In this document: piece by piece, positions 55,454 to 64,000 of the stretch
Layout of the letters: each line of letters opens with the position of its first letter
How positions within the stretch are numbered: position 1 is the stretch's first letter
Assembly (NCBI GenBank): GCA_035541655.1
Contig: DATKMY010000155.1
Span: 9,398-73,397, forward strand
Direction of reading: 5' to 3'
Source of the DNA: Casimicrobiaceae bacterium
GTDB taxonomy: Bacteria; Pseudomonadota; Gammaproteobacteria; Burkholderiales; Casimicrobiaceae
DNA length: 64,000 bases
The notes under the pieces: generated by a model
Seen by the model: only the letters and a program-made list of their open reading frames with translations
Database searches by the model: none
Told to the model about the DNA's origin: nothing
Program-made: the position numbers and the translations under genes

Positions 55454-56020
55454 TCAGGAGACGGGCGGGAGCACCATGCGCACGCGGACGACGACATCGT
55501 CGGCCACGGCAGAGGTATCCGCCCATTCTCCCTCGCCGATCTTGAACTCCAGCCGCTTCAGCGTGAACTGCCCCTCCGCGATCGAGTTGCCGCCGGCGTC
55601 CTTGCGCAAGGCAACCGGCACGACGATGTCCTTCGCCACGCCTTTGAGCGCAAGCGTGCCGGCGATCTCGTAGCGATCGCCGCCGAGCGCCCGAATCGCC
55701 GTCGACGTGAAGGTCGCGACCGGGAACTTCGCGGTGTCGAACCATGCGGCGCGCCGCGTCTCGGCCTCCGTCGCTTCGCTCGCAAGATCGATGCTCGCTA
55801 GCTCGATCTCGAGATTTGCCTTCGACCGGGCGAGATCGCTCGGCCGAAAGTCGACGTTCGCCTTCCAGCGGCGAAAACGCCCCTCGACGCTCGCGCCCAT
55901 CGCCTTCGAAGCGAAGCGGATCTCGCTCTTGTCGATCAGCACACCCTCGGCCAATGCGCCGCCGGACGCGGCGAGCAGCAAGGCCGCGAGCGGCGGCACG
56001 AACGATCGGAATGGCTTCAT
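55454..56020 (-). CDS. YceI family periplasmic protein
   Basis: 188 aa from ATG 56020, overlapping the cytochrome b561 stop by 4 nt. WFDTAKFPVATFTSTAI...YEIAGTLALKGV...FTLKRLEFKIGEGEW. Confidence 0.85.
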   Translation of the reverse strand: MKPFRSFVPPLAALLLAASGGALAEGVLIDKSEIRFASKAMGASVEGRFRRWKANVDFRPSDLARSKANLEIELASIDLASEATEAETRRAAWFDTAKFPVATFTSTAIRALGGDRYEIAGTLALKGVAKDIVVPVALRKDAGGNSIAEGQFTLKRLEFKIGEGEWADTSAVADDVVVRVRMVLPPVS

Positions 56021-56598
56021 CGCGTGGGCTCCTCGCGTCGCCCGGACAACGCAGGCAGCATTCGCACGAGCACGCGGTCGTGCTCGACGAAGTGGTGCTT
56101 CAGCGCCGCCCCGGCATGCAGAGGGACCAGCACGGCGAGCGTAAAGTTCAACGCGTGGTGCACCGATTTCAGCGCCGCCGCAAGCGCTTCGTCCTTCGCG
56201 ACGAGATCGGGAAGCGCGATCAGGCCGAGGTAGATGACCTGGACGCCCGAGGCGGAGCTGAAGAGCCACCCGGAAAGCGGGATTGCGAGCATCAGCACGT
56301 AGAGCGAGAGGTGCGAGGCGCGCGCCGCGTGGCGCTGCCAAGCGGGGAGCCCTTCGGGCGGCGCCACCGGATGCGCGAAGCGCCATCCGAGGCGGGCGAG
56401 CGTCACGACGAACACCGTGATGCCGATCCACTTGTGATACGCGTAGATGCGCAGTGTCTGCGGCGCGATCGGCAGGTCGACCATCCGCATTCCGATCGTG
56501 AATCCCGTCGCGATCAGCGCGAGCGTAAGCCAATGGAGCACGATCGCAGTCCGCGTGTACGCGACATCGGTCGGTATAATCGGTCGAATTTCCGCCAT
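56017..56598 (-). CDS. cytochrome b561 family protein
   Basis: 193 aa, 4 TM. Conserved His positions in IVLHWLTLAL, YHKWIG, SHLSLYVLM, and VHHALNF. Confidence 0.85.
   Translation of the reverse strand: MAEIRPIIPTDVAYTRTAIVLHWLTLALIATGFTIGMRMVDLPIAPQTLRIYAYHKWIGITVFVVTLARLGWRFAHPVAPPEGLPAWQRHAARASHLSLYVLMLAIPLSGWLFSSASGVQVIYLGLIALPDLVAKDEALAAALKSVHHALNFTLAVLVPLHAGAALKHHFVEHDRVLVRMLPALSGRREEPTR
56575..56580 (+). promoter_or_regulatory. candidate -10 box (TATAAT) for the patatin autotransporter gene, inside the cytochrome b561 coding sequence
   Basis: ggTATAATc lies 16 nt upstream of ATG 56597 with no SD in between. Confidence 0.35.
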
Positions 56599-59011
56599 GC
56601 GTGTTCCAGTGGATACGTCGGTCCTGCCGCCGCGCAGCGGGCATTCGCGGCGGCTCTCGGGTCACCGCTGGGCGTACCACGCGAACATTGGACGTTCGGC
56701 CTGCATTCCGCAACTGCCGTACGCGTGGCGCTTGGTCGTCGCTGCGGCAGCCGTCTTCGTCGCAGTCGCGATCGCCGGTCCGCGTGCGGCGCGGGCTGAT
56801 GGCGCGGCCGACGCCGCCCCTTTGCCGGCGGGCGCTGAGACCGCTGCTCCGCAGTCGGCGACTTCGGCGACAGAGGCCCGGCGGCGACCCAGGATCGGCG
56901 TCGTCCTGTCGGGAGGCGGCGCCCGCGGGCTCACGCATATCGGCGTCCTCAAGGTGCTCGAGGAGCTGCACGTCCCGGTCGATTACATCTCGGCGACCAG
57001 TATGGGAGCGATCGTCGGCGGCCTCTACGCGTCCGGGGTCTCTGCAAGCGAGATGGAAAGCCTCGTGACTTCGCTCGATTGGCCAACGCTGTTCTCGGAT
57101 CAGCCACCGCGGCGCGAACTCGCGGTGCGCCGCAAGCTCGAGGACGCGCTCTACACGATCCCGCTCGAGCTCGGCCTGCGCGACTTCTCGCTCAAGCTCG
57201 CGACCGGCGCGATCACCGGGCAGAACCTCGAGCTCGTCTTGCACGGGCTCACCTGGCGCGACGACGACGTCGGCAGCCTCGACAACCTGCCGATTCCGTT
57301 CCGCGCGGTGGCGACTAACCTTGTCGACGGGAGCGAGGTCGACTTCGAGCGCGGCCCGCTGTACATCGCGATGCGCGGCAGCATGTCGGTGCCCGGGATC
57401 TTCGCCCCGCTCGACCGCGACGGCAAGATGCTCGGCGACGGCGGTCTCGTGAAGAACCTGCCGGTCGACACCGTGAAGAAGATGGGCGCCGAGGTCGTGA
57501 TCGCGATCAACATCGGGACGCCGCTGATGACGCGCCAGCAGCTGTCGTCGTTCGTCGGAGTCGCCGAGCAGTCGATCAACATCCTCACCGAGCAGAACGT
57601 TCGCGCGCAGAAGGCGCTGCTCTCGCTCCCGCGCGACGTGCTGATCGAGCCCGATCTCGGCGATCTCTCCACCTCCGACTTCGACAAGGGTGCCCGCTTC
57701 ATCGCGCTCGGCGAGACGGCCGCGCGCGCCTCGGCTGACGCGCTCTCCCGATACGCTCTGTCGCCCGACGCCTACGCGGCGTATCGGACCGCGCTCCATC
57801 GATCGACAGCGCCCGCCGAGCCCAGGCTCGAATTCGCCGGCGTCAAAGGCACCGAGGTGACCAACCCCGAGGTCCTGCAGGCGCAGGTCGGTCTCGAACC
57901 CGGCGCCAAGATCGACTTCCCGACGGTGCAGGCCGACATCGCGACCCTTTACGGCCGCGGCGACTTCGCTCGGATCGACTACGACCTGACCGGCACGCCG
58001 CGAGAGCGCGGCGTCCAATTCGTCGTCGCCGAAAAGCCGTGGGGCCCCGACTATCTGCTCTTCGGCGTGGGATTCTCGACGGACCTGCAGGGGGAGAACA
58101 CCTTCGGGCTCAGGATGCGGTACAAGCGAACCTGGCTCAACTCGCTCGGCGGCGAATGGGACAACGACGTCTCGCTCGGGACGACCAACTACTACCGCAC
58201 CGAGCTCTACCAGCCAATTGATCTGGCGCAGACGGTGTTCACCGCCCCGTACGGCGGTATCGGCACGACGACCGAGAACATCTTCGCGCAGGGCGTCAAG
58301 GTCGCCGAATATCGCGTGCTCGACGAACGTGTCGGCATCGACGTCGGCTACGCGTTCGGGAGCTGGGGCAGCCTGCGCGCCGGGCCCGTGTACATCCATG
58401 AGCGAGGGGATCCGGCCGTTGCCTCGCCTCAATTCCCGGTGACGCTGGCGGACGAATGGGGGCTCGCGCTGCTCGCCCGCATCGATACGCAGGACAACGC
58501 GTTCTTTCCGCGCCGCGGCCTGCGTCTCGCGTTCTCCGGCTTCTACGGCACGCGCCAACAGCAGGACGTCGATCGCAAGGTGACACGCGGCGAGCTCGAC
58601 GTGCACCAGTCGATCCCGATCGCGGAGCGCGACACGATCGACCTCGGCCTGCGCCTCGCAGCGACGAACTTCTTCGACCCGTTGATCCTCGGCAACTATC
58701 GCCTCGGGGGCTTTCTCGAGATTTCCGGTCTCCGCACCGAAGAGCTCGAAGGCTCCTACCTCGGCCGCGCGCGCGCCGTCTACCTGCACCGGGTGGGACA
58801 GCTGCCCGTGGTCGGCAGCACGTATTACCTCGGCGGATCGCTGGAGGTCGGCAACGTCTGGCAGGAGCGCAGCGCGATCTCCTTCGGCGACACGTACAAG
58901 GCGGGCAGCCTGTTCTTCGCCGCCGACACGCCGTTCGGGCCGTTCTACGTCGCTTGGGGCCACACGACGCGCGGCGACTCGACGTGGTATTTGTTGCTGG
59001 GCAGGCCGTGA
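56597..59011 (+). CDS. patatin-like phospholipase with POTRA/Omp85-type C-terminal beta-barrel (PlpD-like, type Vd autotransporter)
   Basis: Patatin motifs GVVLSGGGARG and ATSMGA (GxSxG) plus DGG. C-terminal surface-antigen barrel ending in ...WYLLLGRP. The start is uncertain: ATG 56597, GTG 56609 or TTG 56732. Confidence 0.85.
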   Translation: MRVPVDTSVLPPRSGHSRRLSGHRWAYHANIGRSACIPQLPYAWRLVVAAAAVFVAVAIAGPRAARADGAADAAPLPAGAETAAPQSATSATEARRRPRIGVVLSGGGARGLTHIGVLKVLEELHVPVDYISATSMGAIVGGLYASGVSASEMESLVTSLDWPTLFSDQPPRRELAVRRKLEDALYTIPLELGLRDFSLKLATGAITGQNLELVLHGLTWRDDDVGSLDNLPIPFRAVATNLVDGSEVDFERGPLYIAMRGSMSVPGIFAPLDRDGKMLGDGGLVKNLPVDTVKKMGAEVVIAINIGTPLMTRQQLSSFVGVAEQSINILTEQNVRAQKALLSLPRDVLIEPDLGDLSTSDFDKGARFIALGETAARASADALSRYALSPDAYAAYRTALHRSTAPAEPRLEFAGVKGTEVTNPEVLQAQVGLEPGAKIDFPTVQADIATLYGRGDFARIDYDLTGTPRERGVQFVVAEKPWGPDYLLFGVGFSTDLQGENTFGLRMRYKRTWLNSLGGEWDNDVSLGTTNYYRTELYQPIDLAQTVFTAPYGGIGTTTENIFAQGVKVAEYRVLDERVGIDVGYAFGSWGSLRAGPVYIHERGDPAVASPQFPVTLADEWGLALLARIDTQDNAFFPRRGLRLAFSGFYGTRQQQDVDRKVTRGELDVHQSIPIAERDTIDLGLRLAATNFFDPLILGNYRLGGFLEISGLRTEELEGSYLGRARAVYLHRVGQLPVVGSTYYLGGSLEVGNVWQERSAISFGDTYKAGSLFFAADTPFGPFYVAWGHTTRGDSTWYLLLGRP

Positions 59012-59122
59012 GCGGTGCGGGCGAGCGCCAGCGAGCCAGGCCCGAAGGACGCGTCGCCGGGCGATTGGTCGCGGCCGGCGCTCGACCTGTCGTGGTCCAA
59101 AAGGCGCCCAAGGAGGCCGCCC

Positions 59123-59146
59123 ATGTGTTTGCCATCATGCGCATGA
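59123..59146 (+). promoter_or_regulatory. candidate 7-codon leader mini-ORF (MCLPSCA) preceding bioA
   Basis: A strong SD AAGGAGG (59110-16) lies 6 nt before the ATG. The stop is 7 nt before the bioA ATG, and bioA lacks its own good SD. Overlaps the palindrome TCATGCGCATGA (59135-46). Confidence 0.25.
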
Positions 59147-59153
59147 GAATCGG

Positions 59154-60467
59154 ATGAGTACCAACACCGACTGGATCGAGCGGAGCCGCCGTGCCGTCTG
59201 GCATCCGTGCACGCAGATGAAGATGCACGAAGCGCTGCCGCTCGTTCCGATCGCGCGCGGCGAGGGCGCCTGGCTCTACGACTTCGACGGCCGCCGCTAT
59301 CTCGACGCCGTCAGCTCGTGGTGGGTGAACCTCTTCGGACATGCGAATCCGCGAATCCGCGCGGCGGTCGCCGAGCAGCTCTCGCGCCTCGAGCACGTGC
59401 TGCTCGCCGGCTTCACGCACGAGCCCGTCGTCGTGCTGTCCGAGCGCCTCGCCGCGCTCGCTCCAGTTGGCCTCGGTCACGCGTTCTACGGCTCCGACGG
59501 CGCATCGGCGACCGAGATCGCGCTGAAGATGGCGTTTCACCATTGGAAGAACCGCGGCCGACAGCAGAAGAAAGGCTTCCTGTCGCTCGCCGGGAGCTAC
59601 CACGGCGAGACGATCGGGGCGCTCGCGGTCACCGACGTCGCGATCTTCAAGGACACTTATGCGCCGCTCGTCATGCGCAACGCGACGGTCCCTTCGCCCG
59701 ACGAGCGCGGCGCCGCGCCCGGCGAATCGCCGCGCGACGTTGCTATACGCGCGGCGGCGGCCCTCGAGACGCACCTCGCCCGCAATCACGCAGGAATCGC
59801 CGCACTGATCGTCGAGCCGCTCGTGCAGGGTGCCACCGGAATGGCGATGTACGATCCGCACTACCTCGCGCTCGCGCGCGCGCTCTGCACGCGCTTCGAG
59901 GTGCTGCTGATCGCCGACGAGATCATGACGGGCTTCGGGCGCACCGGAGCGCTCTTCGCGTGCGAACAGGCGGGCATCGCGCCCGACTTCCTGTGCCTGT
60001 CGAAGGGAATCACCGGAGGCTATCTGCCGCTTTCCTGCGTGCTGACGACCGATGCGGTCTTCGAAGCGTTCTACGACGACGACGTCGCGCGCGGCTTCCT
60101 GCACTCGCACTCTTACACCGGAAACGCGCTTGCCTGCAGCGCGGCGCTCGCCGTGCTCGACATCTTTCGCGACGACGACGTGATCGTGGCGAACCGCGAC
60201 CGCGCCGAGCGCTGGACGGCGCTCGCCGCACCGCTCGCCGCCCATCGCCGCGTCCGCCACTTCCGCCGCCGCGGGATGATCTGGGCGTTCGACGTCGACA
60301 CCGATCGCGCCGGCTTCGCACGCTGGTGCTTCGCGGAGGCCGCCGCGCGCGAGCTGCTGCTGCGACCGATCGGCAATACCGTCTATTTCATGCCGCCCTA
60401 CATCCTGAGCGACGACGAGTTCGCGCTCCTTGCTGTGCGCACCGCGGAGATCCTCGATGCGCTGTGA
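59154..60467 (+). CDS. bioA: adenosylmethionine--8-amino-7-oxononanoate transaminase
   Basis: 437 aa. VWHPCTQMK, SSWWVNLFGH, DEIMTGFGRTG, and LSKGITGGYLP are typical BioA. Confidence 0.9.
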   Translation: MSTNTDWIERSRRAVWHPCTQMKMHEALPLVPIARGEGAWLYDFDGRRYLDAVSSWWVNLFGHANPRIRAAVAEQLSRLEHVLLAGFTHEPVVVLSERLAALAPVGLGHAFYGSDGASATEIALKMAFHHWKNRGRQQKKGFLSLAGSYHGETIGALAVTDVAIFKDTYAPLVMRNATVPSPDERGAAPGESPRDVAIRAAAALETHLARNHAGIAALIVEPLVQGATGMAMYDPHYLALARALCTRFEVLLIADEIMTGFGRTGALFACEQAGIAPDFLCLSKGITGGYLPLSCVLTTDAVFEAFYDDDVARGFLHSHSYTGNALACSAALAVLDIFRDDDVIVANRDRAERWTALAAPLAAHRRVRHFRRRGMIWAFDVDTDRAGFARWCFAEAAARELLLRPIGNTVYFMPPYILSDDEFALLAVRTAEILDAL

Positions 60468-61932
60468 TCGACGGGCGCGGAGGTTCGCTCGTCCAGCGCG
60501 ACTCGCGCGGGTCGTCGCGCTGGCGCTGGCTCTCGCCGCGAGCGCGGGCGAGGCGGCATTGCCGCAGCCCGTCGAGCGTGCGTTTCGCGACGCGAAGATT
60601 CCGCCGAGCGCCGTCGGCATCGTCGTCCAGGAAGTCGACGGACGCCGGCCGCTTTTCGCGCAGCAGAGCGATCGGCCGTTCAACCCCGCGTCGGTGATGA
60701 AGCTCGTGACGACGTTCGCCGCGCTCGAGCTTCTCGGTCCGGACTATCGCTGGAAGACGAATGCCTATCTGGGCGGCACGCTCGACCACGGCGTGCTGCA
60801 CGGCGATCTGCTGCTCAAAGGCGGCGGCGATCCGAAGATCACCGTCGAGCAATGGCAGGCGTTCATGGCGACGCTGCGTGCGCGCGGCCTCGAAACCGTC
60901 GACGGCGACCTGGTGCTCGACCGGACGTTCTTCGCGCCGATCGCGCACGACCCGGCAGCGTTCGATCGCGAGCCGCTCAAACCCTACAACGTCGGGCCCG
61001 ACGCGCTGCTCGTCAACTTCAAGTCGGTGCGCTTCGGATTCGCGCCACCGCAGGACGCAGACGCGCCCGTCGTGACGATGGAGCCGCCACTTCCGAACGT
61101 CACGGTGCGCTCGCAGCCCCAGCTCTCGGATGGCGAATGCAGCGACTGGCGGGCGGACCTCCACTCCGTGTTCATCGATCAGGGCGTGCGGGCCGAGGCT
61201 GCCTTCCCCGGCCGTTACCCGGCAGCATGCGGCGAGCGCGAGCTGTGGATTGCGCTCCTCAACCATCCGGCGTACGTCCACGCGATGTTCGACGCGTACT
61301 TCCGGGCTGCAGGCGGCATCTTCTCGGGTGGCTGGCGCAGCGGCGTCGCACCGCGTGGCGCGGTGCCGTTCGCGATACTCGAGTCGCCGCCGCTCTGGGA
61401 CATCGTCCGCGACGTCAACAAGCTCTCGAACAACGTGATGGCGCGCCAGATCTTCCTGACGCTCGCCACCGTCGACGCGCCGCCTCCGGCGACGACCGCC
61501 CAGGCCGCGCAGACGGTGCGCCGATGGCTCGCGAAGCGGAAGATCAAGGCGCCGGAGCTCGTGCTCGACAACGGCTCGGGGCTTTCGCGCCGCGAGCGCA
61601 TTTCCGCAGGGAGCCTCGCGCAGCTTCTGATCGCCGCCGACAAGAGCAGCGTGCGCGACGAGTTCGCGAGCTCGCTCGCGGTCGCCGCGATGGACGGCAC
61701 CGTGCAGCGCCGCTTTCAGAACGGCGCCGTCGCCGGCCAGGCGCTGCTCAAGACGGGGACGCTCGAGGGTGTCCGTGCGCTGGCGGGCTATGTGCTCGAT
61801 CGCGATGGCCGGCGCTTCGCGGTCGCCGCGATCGTCAACGGTCCGAGCGCATCGCGCGCGCAAGGCGCGCTCGACAACCTCGTCCAATGGATCTATCGCG
61901 ATGCCGCCGCGTGGGCGGCGGCGTCGCGATAG
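60457..61932 (+). CDS. dacB: D-alanyl-D-alanine carboxypeptidase/endopeptidase (PBP4)
   Basis: SxxK motif in PASVMKLVT, and LSNN (SxN). C-terminal KTGTL. The start is 60457 or 60430, overlapping the bioA end. Confidence 0.85.
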   Translation: MRCDRRARRFARPARLARVVALALALAASAGEAALPQPVERAFRDAKIPPSAVGIVVQEVDGRRPLFAQQSDRPFNPASVMKLVTTFAALELLGPDYRWKTNAYLGGTLDHGVLHGDLLLKGGGDPKITVEQWQAFMATLRARGLETVDGDLVLDRTFFAPIAHDPAAFDREPLKPYNVGPDALLVNFKSVRFGFAPPQDADAPVVTMEPPLPNVTVRSQPQLSDGECSDWRADLHSVFIDQGVRAEAAFPGRYPAACGERELWIALLNHPAYVHAMFDAYFRAAGGIFSGGWRSGVAPRGAVPFAILESPPLWDIVRDVNKLSNNVMARQIFLTLATVDAPPPATTAQAAQTVRRWLAKRKIKAPELVLDNGSGLSRRERISAGSLAQLLIAADKSSVRDEFASSLAVAAMDGTVQRRFQNGAVAGQALLKTGTLEGVRALAGYVLDRDGRRFAVAAIVNGPSASRAQGALDNLVQWIYRDAAAWAAASR

Positions 61933-61951
61933 CCGGGCCGAATCCGGTCAG

Positions 61952-62386
61952 TCACATCCCCGGAACCGGCTTCTCGTCCTTGAACAGGAGGTAGCCGCGG
62001 ATCACGCGGTAGAGCACCCAGATCGACGCGACCGCCCAGATCGCGAACGCGATCGGGATGCCGATCAGCACGATGCCGAGCACCACCAGCACGACGCCGC
62101 CGACCACGCCCCACAGCAGCGAGAACCAGAACGTGCGGATCAGCCAGCGCAGATGCGACGCAACCCAGGTCCCCTGGGCGTCGTCGCGCTTCACGTAGGC
62201 GACGATCAGCCCGGCGATCCCGACGATGCCCATCAGCGGCGCCGCGAAGGGGAAGCCGTGCGACAGTAGGGCGACGAGCGCGGCGGCGCCGAAAAGCGCG
62301 TACGCGAGAAGCCCGGCGGAAGCCGGAGGCGTCGGAACGGGTCCGGCGCCGGTGCCGGAAGTACTCGGAGCGGGAAATTCGGCCAT
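61952..62386 (-). CDS. small integral membrane protein (COG3671-like)
   Basis: Pro/Gly-rich N-terminus, then 4 hydrophobic segments with VAYVKRDDAQGTWVASHLRWLIRTFW, recalled as a conserved proteobacterial membrane family. Confidence 0.6.
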   Translation of the reverse strand: MAEFPAPSTSGTGAGPVPTPPASAGLLAYALFGAAALVALLSHGFPFAAPLMGIVGIAGLIVAYVKRDDAQGTWVASHLRWLIRTFWFSLLWGVVGGVVLVVLGIVLIGIPIAFAIWAVASIWVLYRVIRGYLLFKDEKPVPGM

Positions 62387-62519
62387 CTGTCACCTCCCTC
62401 GGTGGTGCGCGTCGATCGACCTGCGACCCTTCCCGGGCAATGATGGTGGCGGCGCCGGGCCGCTCAACACCGGGGCGACGAAGCGCCGCCGCAGCCGCCT
62501 GTCACGCAGCTGCGTGCGA

Positions 62520-62987
62520 TCAATAGCGACGGCCGTCCTTGTGCGCGGCGAACGTCCCGTTCTCGTCCTCGCCCCACATGAGGTCGTCGTCGGGATAGAA
62601 CGCGTTGTCGCCTTCGATGCGGTTGCCGATCTCGAGATAGCTCGCCGGTGCCTTGCTCTTGTTGACGAAATGGTGCGCGTCCTTCGTGCCGGCGGGGTAG
62701 CCCGCCGCCATCCCGGCGCGCAGCACCTGGCTCCCTTCGTTAGTCACCAGCGTGACCTCGCCGGAGAGCACGTAGACGAACTCGTCGTCGAGCGTGTGCC
62801 AATGACGCAGCGCCGATTGCCCTCCGGGTCCGAGCGTCACGAGATTGACGCCGAATTTGGTGAGCCCGCAGGCATCGCCCAGGCGGCGCTTCACGCGATC
62901 GCCCATGCGGGAGCGAAAGGGTTCCGGGTATCCCGAACCGCGCTTCTCGGGCACGGCGGCGGGATCGATTACGGGAAGCTTCGGCAT
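62520..62987 (-). CDS. cupin domain protein
   Basis: 155 aa from ATG 62987. Cupin motifs ALRHWHTLDDEFVYVLSGE and GYPAGTKDAHHF. Confidence 0.8.
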   Translation of the reverse strand: MPKLPVIDPAAVPEKRGSGYPEPFRSRMGDRVKRRLGDACGLTKFGVNLVTLGPGGQSALRHWHTLDDEFVYVLSGEVTLVTNEGSQVLRAGMAAGYPAGTKDAHHFVNKSKAPASYLEIGNRIEGDNAFYPDDDLMWGEDENGTFAAHKDGRRY

Positions 62988-63108
62988 GACTTGTCGGGGT
63001 CTCGAGACGGGGAACGACGAGGTCGAATTATGCACCGGCCTCCCTGGTCCGTCCCCGGATGACAAACGAGCGGAGCTGCAGTCGCGCCCAATCGGATGAC
63101 GACGGGCC

Positions 63109-63114
63109 TATAAT
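63109..63114 (+). promoter_or_regulatory. candidate -10 box (cCTATAATt), possibly sigma-S type, for the elaB-like operon
   Basis: TATAAT preceded by C at -13, 58 nt upstream of ATG 63172. Confidence 0.4.
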
Positions 63115-63171
63115 TGACCGCGATTCCACATGTGTCCCTGGTTGGGACGCGCCCGGCAAGGAGGCTTCCCC

Positions 63172-63483
63172 ATGACTGAGAGTACCGAAACTTCCCGCGA
63201 CAGGCTCGTCGACGAGTTCGCCGCGGTTCTCGCCGAAGCGGAGGAAATGCTGAAGCGCGCGGCGACCGAGACCGGCGACAAGGCACGCGACCTCCGTTCG
63301 CAGATCGAGACGAAGCTGCTTCGCGCCAAGCTCGCAATGCAGGAGATCGAAGGCCAGGCCGTCGATCAGGCGAAGCGCGCGGCGCGGGCGACCGACGATT
63401 ACGTTCACGACAATCCGTGGCAGGCGATTGGCGTTGCGGCAGCCGTCGGCCTCCTGGTCGGCCTGCTGATGGGCCGCCGCTGA
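63172..63483 (+). CDS. DUF883 (ElaB/YqjD/YgaM) tail-anchored stress protein
   Basis: 103 aa from ATG 63172 with an AAGGAGG SD. Helical N-terminal part. C-terminal NPWQAIGVAAAVGLLVGLLMGRR membrane anchor. Confidence 0.8.
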   Translation: MTESTETSRDRLVDEFAAVLAEAEEMLKRAATETGDKARDLRSQIETKLLRAKLAMQEIEGQAVDQAKRAARATDDYVHDNPWQAIGVAAAVGLLVGLLMGRR

Positions 63484-63490
63484 CCCGAAC

Positions 63491-63898
63491 GTGGGAAGCG
63501 CGGTCCCGCCCGGTCGGCCCTCACGCGGCTTGCGCGGCGCGGTCGGGGCACTGGGCGGCGCGATTCTCGGGCTCCTGCACACGCGGCTCGAGCTCGCCGC
63601 GGTCGAGCTCGACGAGCTTCGCGGGCGGTCCATCGAGCGGCTGGTGTTCGTGCTGGTCGCGGTGCTCGCCCTTTCTTTCGCCGTGCTGGGCGCTTCGGCA
63701 CTGGTCGTCGTCGCGTTCTGGGACACGAACCGGATCGCCGCACTCTCGATCGTGATCCTCGTCTACGTCGCGATCGGGCTCTTCGCGCTGTGGCGGCTTG
63801 CCGCGCGCAGCAGGACGGATCGCCCGCCGTTCGCAGAGACGATCGCGCAGTTCGAGCGCGATCGCGTCTGGCTCGCCGGCAAGGCAGGCGAAGAATGA
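63491..63898 (+). CDS. YqjE-like (holin-X/DUF1469-type) membrane protein
   Basis: GTG start. LHTRLELAAVELDE...two TM segments. Follows the DUF883 gene, as in the E. coli yqjD-yqjE-yqjK arrangement. Confidence 0.7.
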   Translation: MGSAVPPGRPSRGLRGAVGALGGAILGLLHTRLELAAVELDELRGRSIERLVFVLVAVLALSFAVLGASALVVVAFWDTNRIAALSIVILVYVAIGLFALWRLAARSRTDRPPFAETIAQFERDRVWLAGKAGEE

Positions 63899-64000
63899 CT
63901 GCGGCGGGCGCCGGTCTCGCCGAGAAGAAGGCCTTGCTCGTCACCCGCGCCGAGCTCGATCGCGCCCGCGTCCTGCTCGCGACTCGCGAGCTGCGCGCAA
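63895..64000 (+). CDS. YqjK-like protein, 5' part only (runs off the window)
   Basis: The ATG overlaps the preceding stop (ATGA). MTAAGAGLAEKKALLVTRAELDRARVLLATRELRA. Assignment rests on gene order only. Confidence 0.4.
   Translation, partial: MTAAGAGLAEKKALLVTRAELDRARVLLATRELRA

Noticed and set aside
59135-59146. The palindrome TCATGCGCATGA upstream of bioA, considered as a BirA (bioO) operator.
   Set aside because: It bears no resemblance to the TTGTAAACC...GGTTTACAA-type bioO half-sites I recall, and it is much shorter than the about 40-bp BirA operator. I keep it only as part of the mini-ORF observation.

Overview
High-GC (by eye roughly 68-70 %) proteobacterial chromosome segment. The gene content (Bug/TctC tripartite tricarboxylate transporter, leuS-lptE-holA, PA0069-type radical SAM) points to Betaproteobacteria/Burkholderiales; that placement is inference only. 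I can support about 65 protein-coding genes. They are tightly packed, with many 1-4 nt start/stop overlaps (ATGA, TGATG). I saw no rRNA, tRNA, CRISPR array, transposase, integrase or phage gene. Most long Arg/Pro-rich ORFs in the six-frame track are shadow frames of real genes, which is typical of high-GC DNA.

Gene blocks, left to right:
- SRPBCC / DUF3419 (BtaA-like) / DoxX operon
- periplasmic thiol-redox pair (redoxin + DsbD/ScsB-like), divergent from a GDT1/UPF0016 cation exporter
- leuS-lptE-[CHRD + orphan solute-binding protein]-holA
- metallophosphoesterase, rsmE, GNAT
- metY plus two alpha/beta hydrolases
- osmC, radical SAM
- DMT exporter plus an unknown 134-aa protein
- RraA-like / SAF-only / nitrobindin-like genes
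- large FAD/Fe-S oxidase and a class-V aminotransferase
- membrane desaturase, tail-to-tail with a free carrier protein and a stand-alone NRPS-type adenylation enzyme
- tctCBA
- crotonase + family III CoA-transferase
- LysR-controlled azoR-pirin-Rieske oxygenase-DUF1345 block
- sugar-acid locus (GntR/FadR regulator, Zn-dehydrogenase, UxaA-type dehydratase, ABC transporter)
- a 293-bp spacer carrying a hemA gene relic
- stand-alone pcaD-pcaC fusion
- BDH2/KDF-dehydrogenase-like SDR + FAH hydrolase, proline iminopeptidase
- cytochrome b561-YceI-YceI, head-to-head with a PlpD-like (type Vd) patatin autotransporter
- bioA, dacB
- elaB/yqjD-yqjE-yqjK-like stress operon

I found no clear-cut novel multi-gene system such as a defence island. 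The most unusual items are the orphan adenylation/carrier/desaturase trio, the hemA fragment with the repeats around it, the interrupted leuS-lptE-holA synteny, and a few uncharacterised gene couples. All family assignments come from motif recognition by eye and need HMM/BLAST confirmation.
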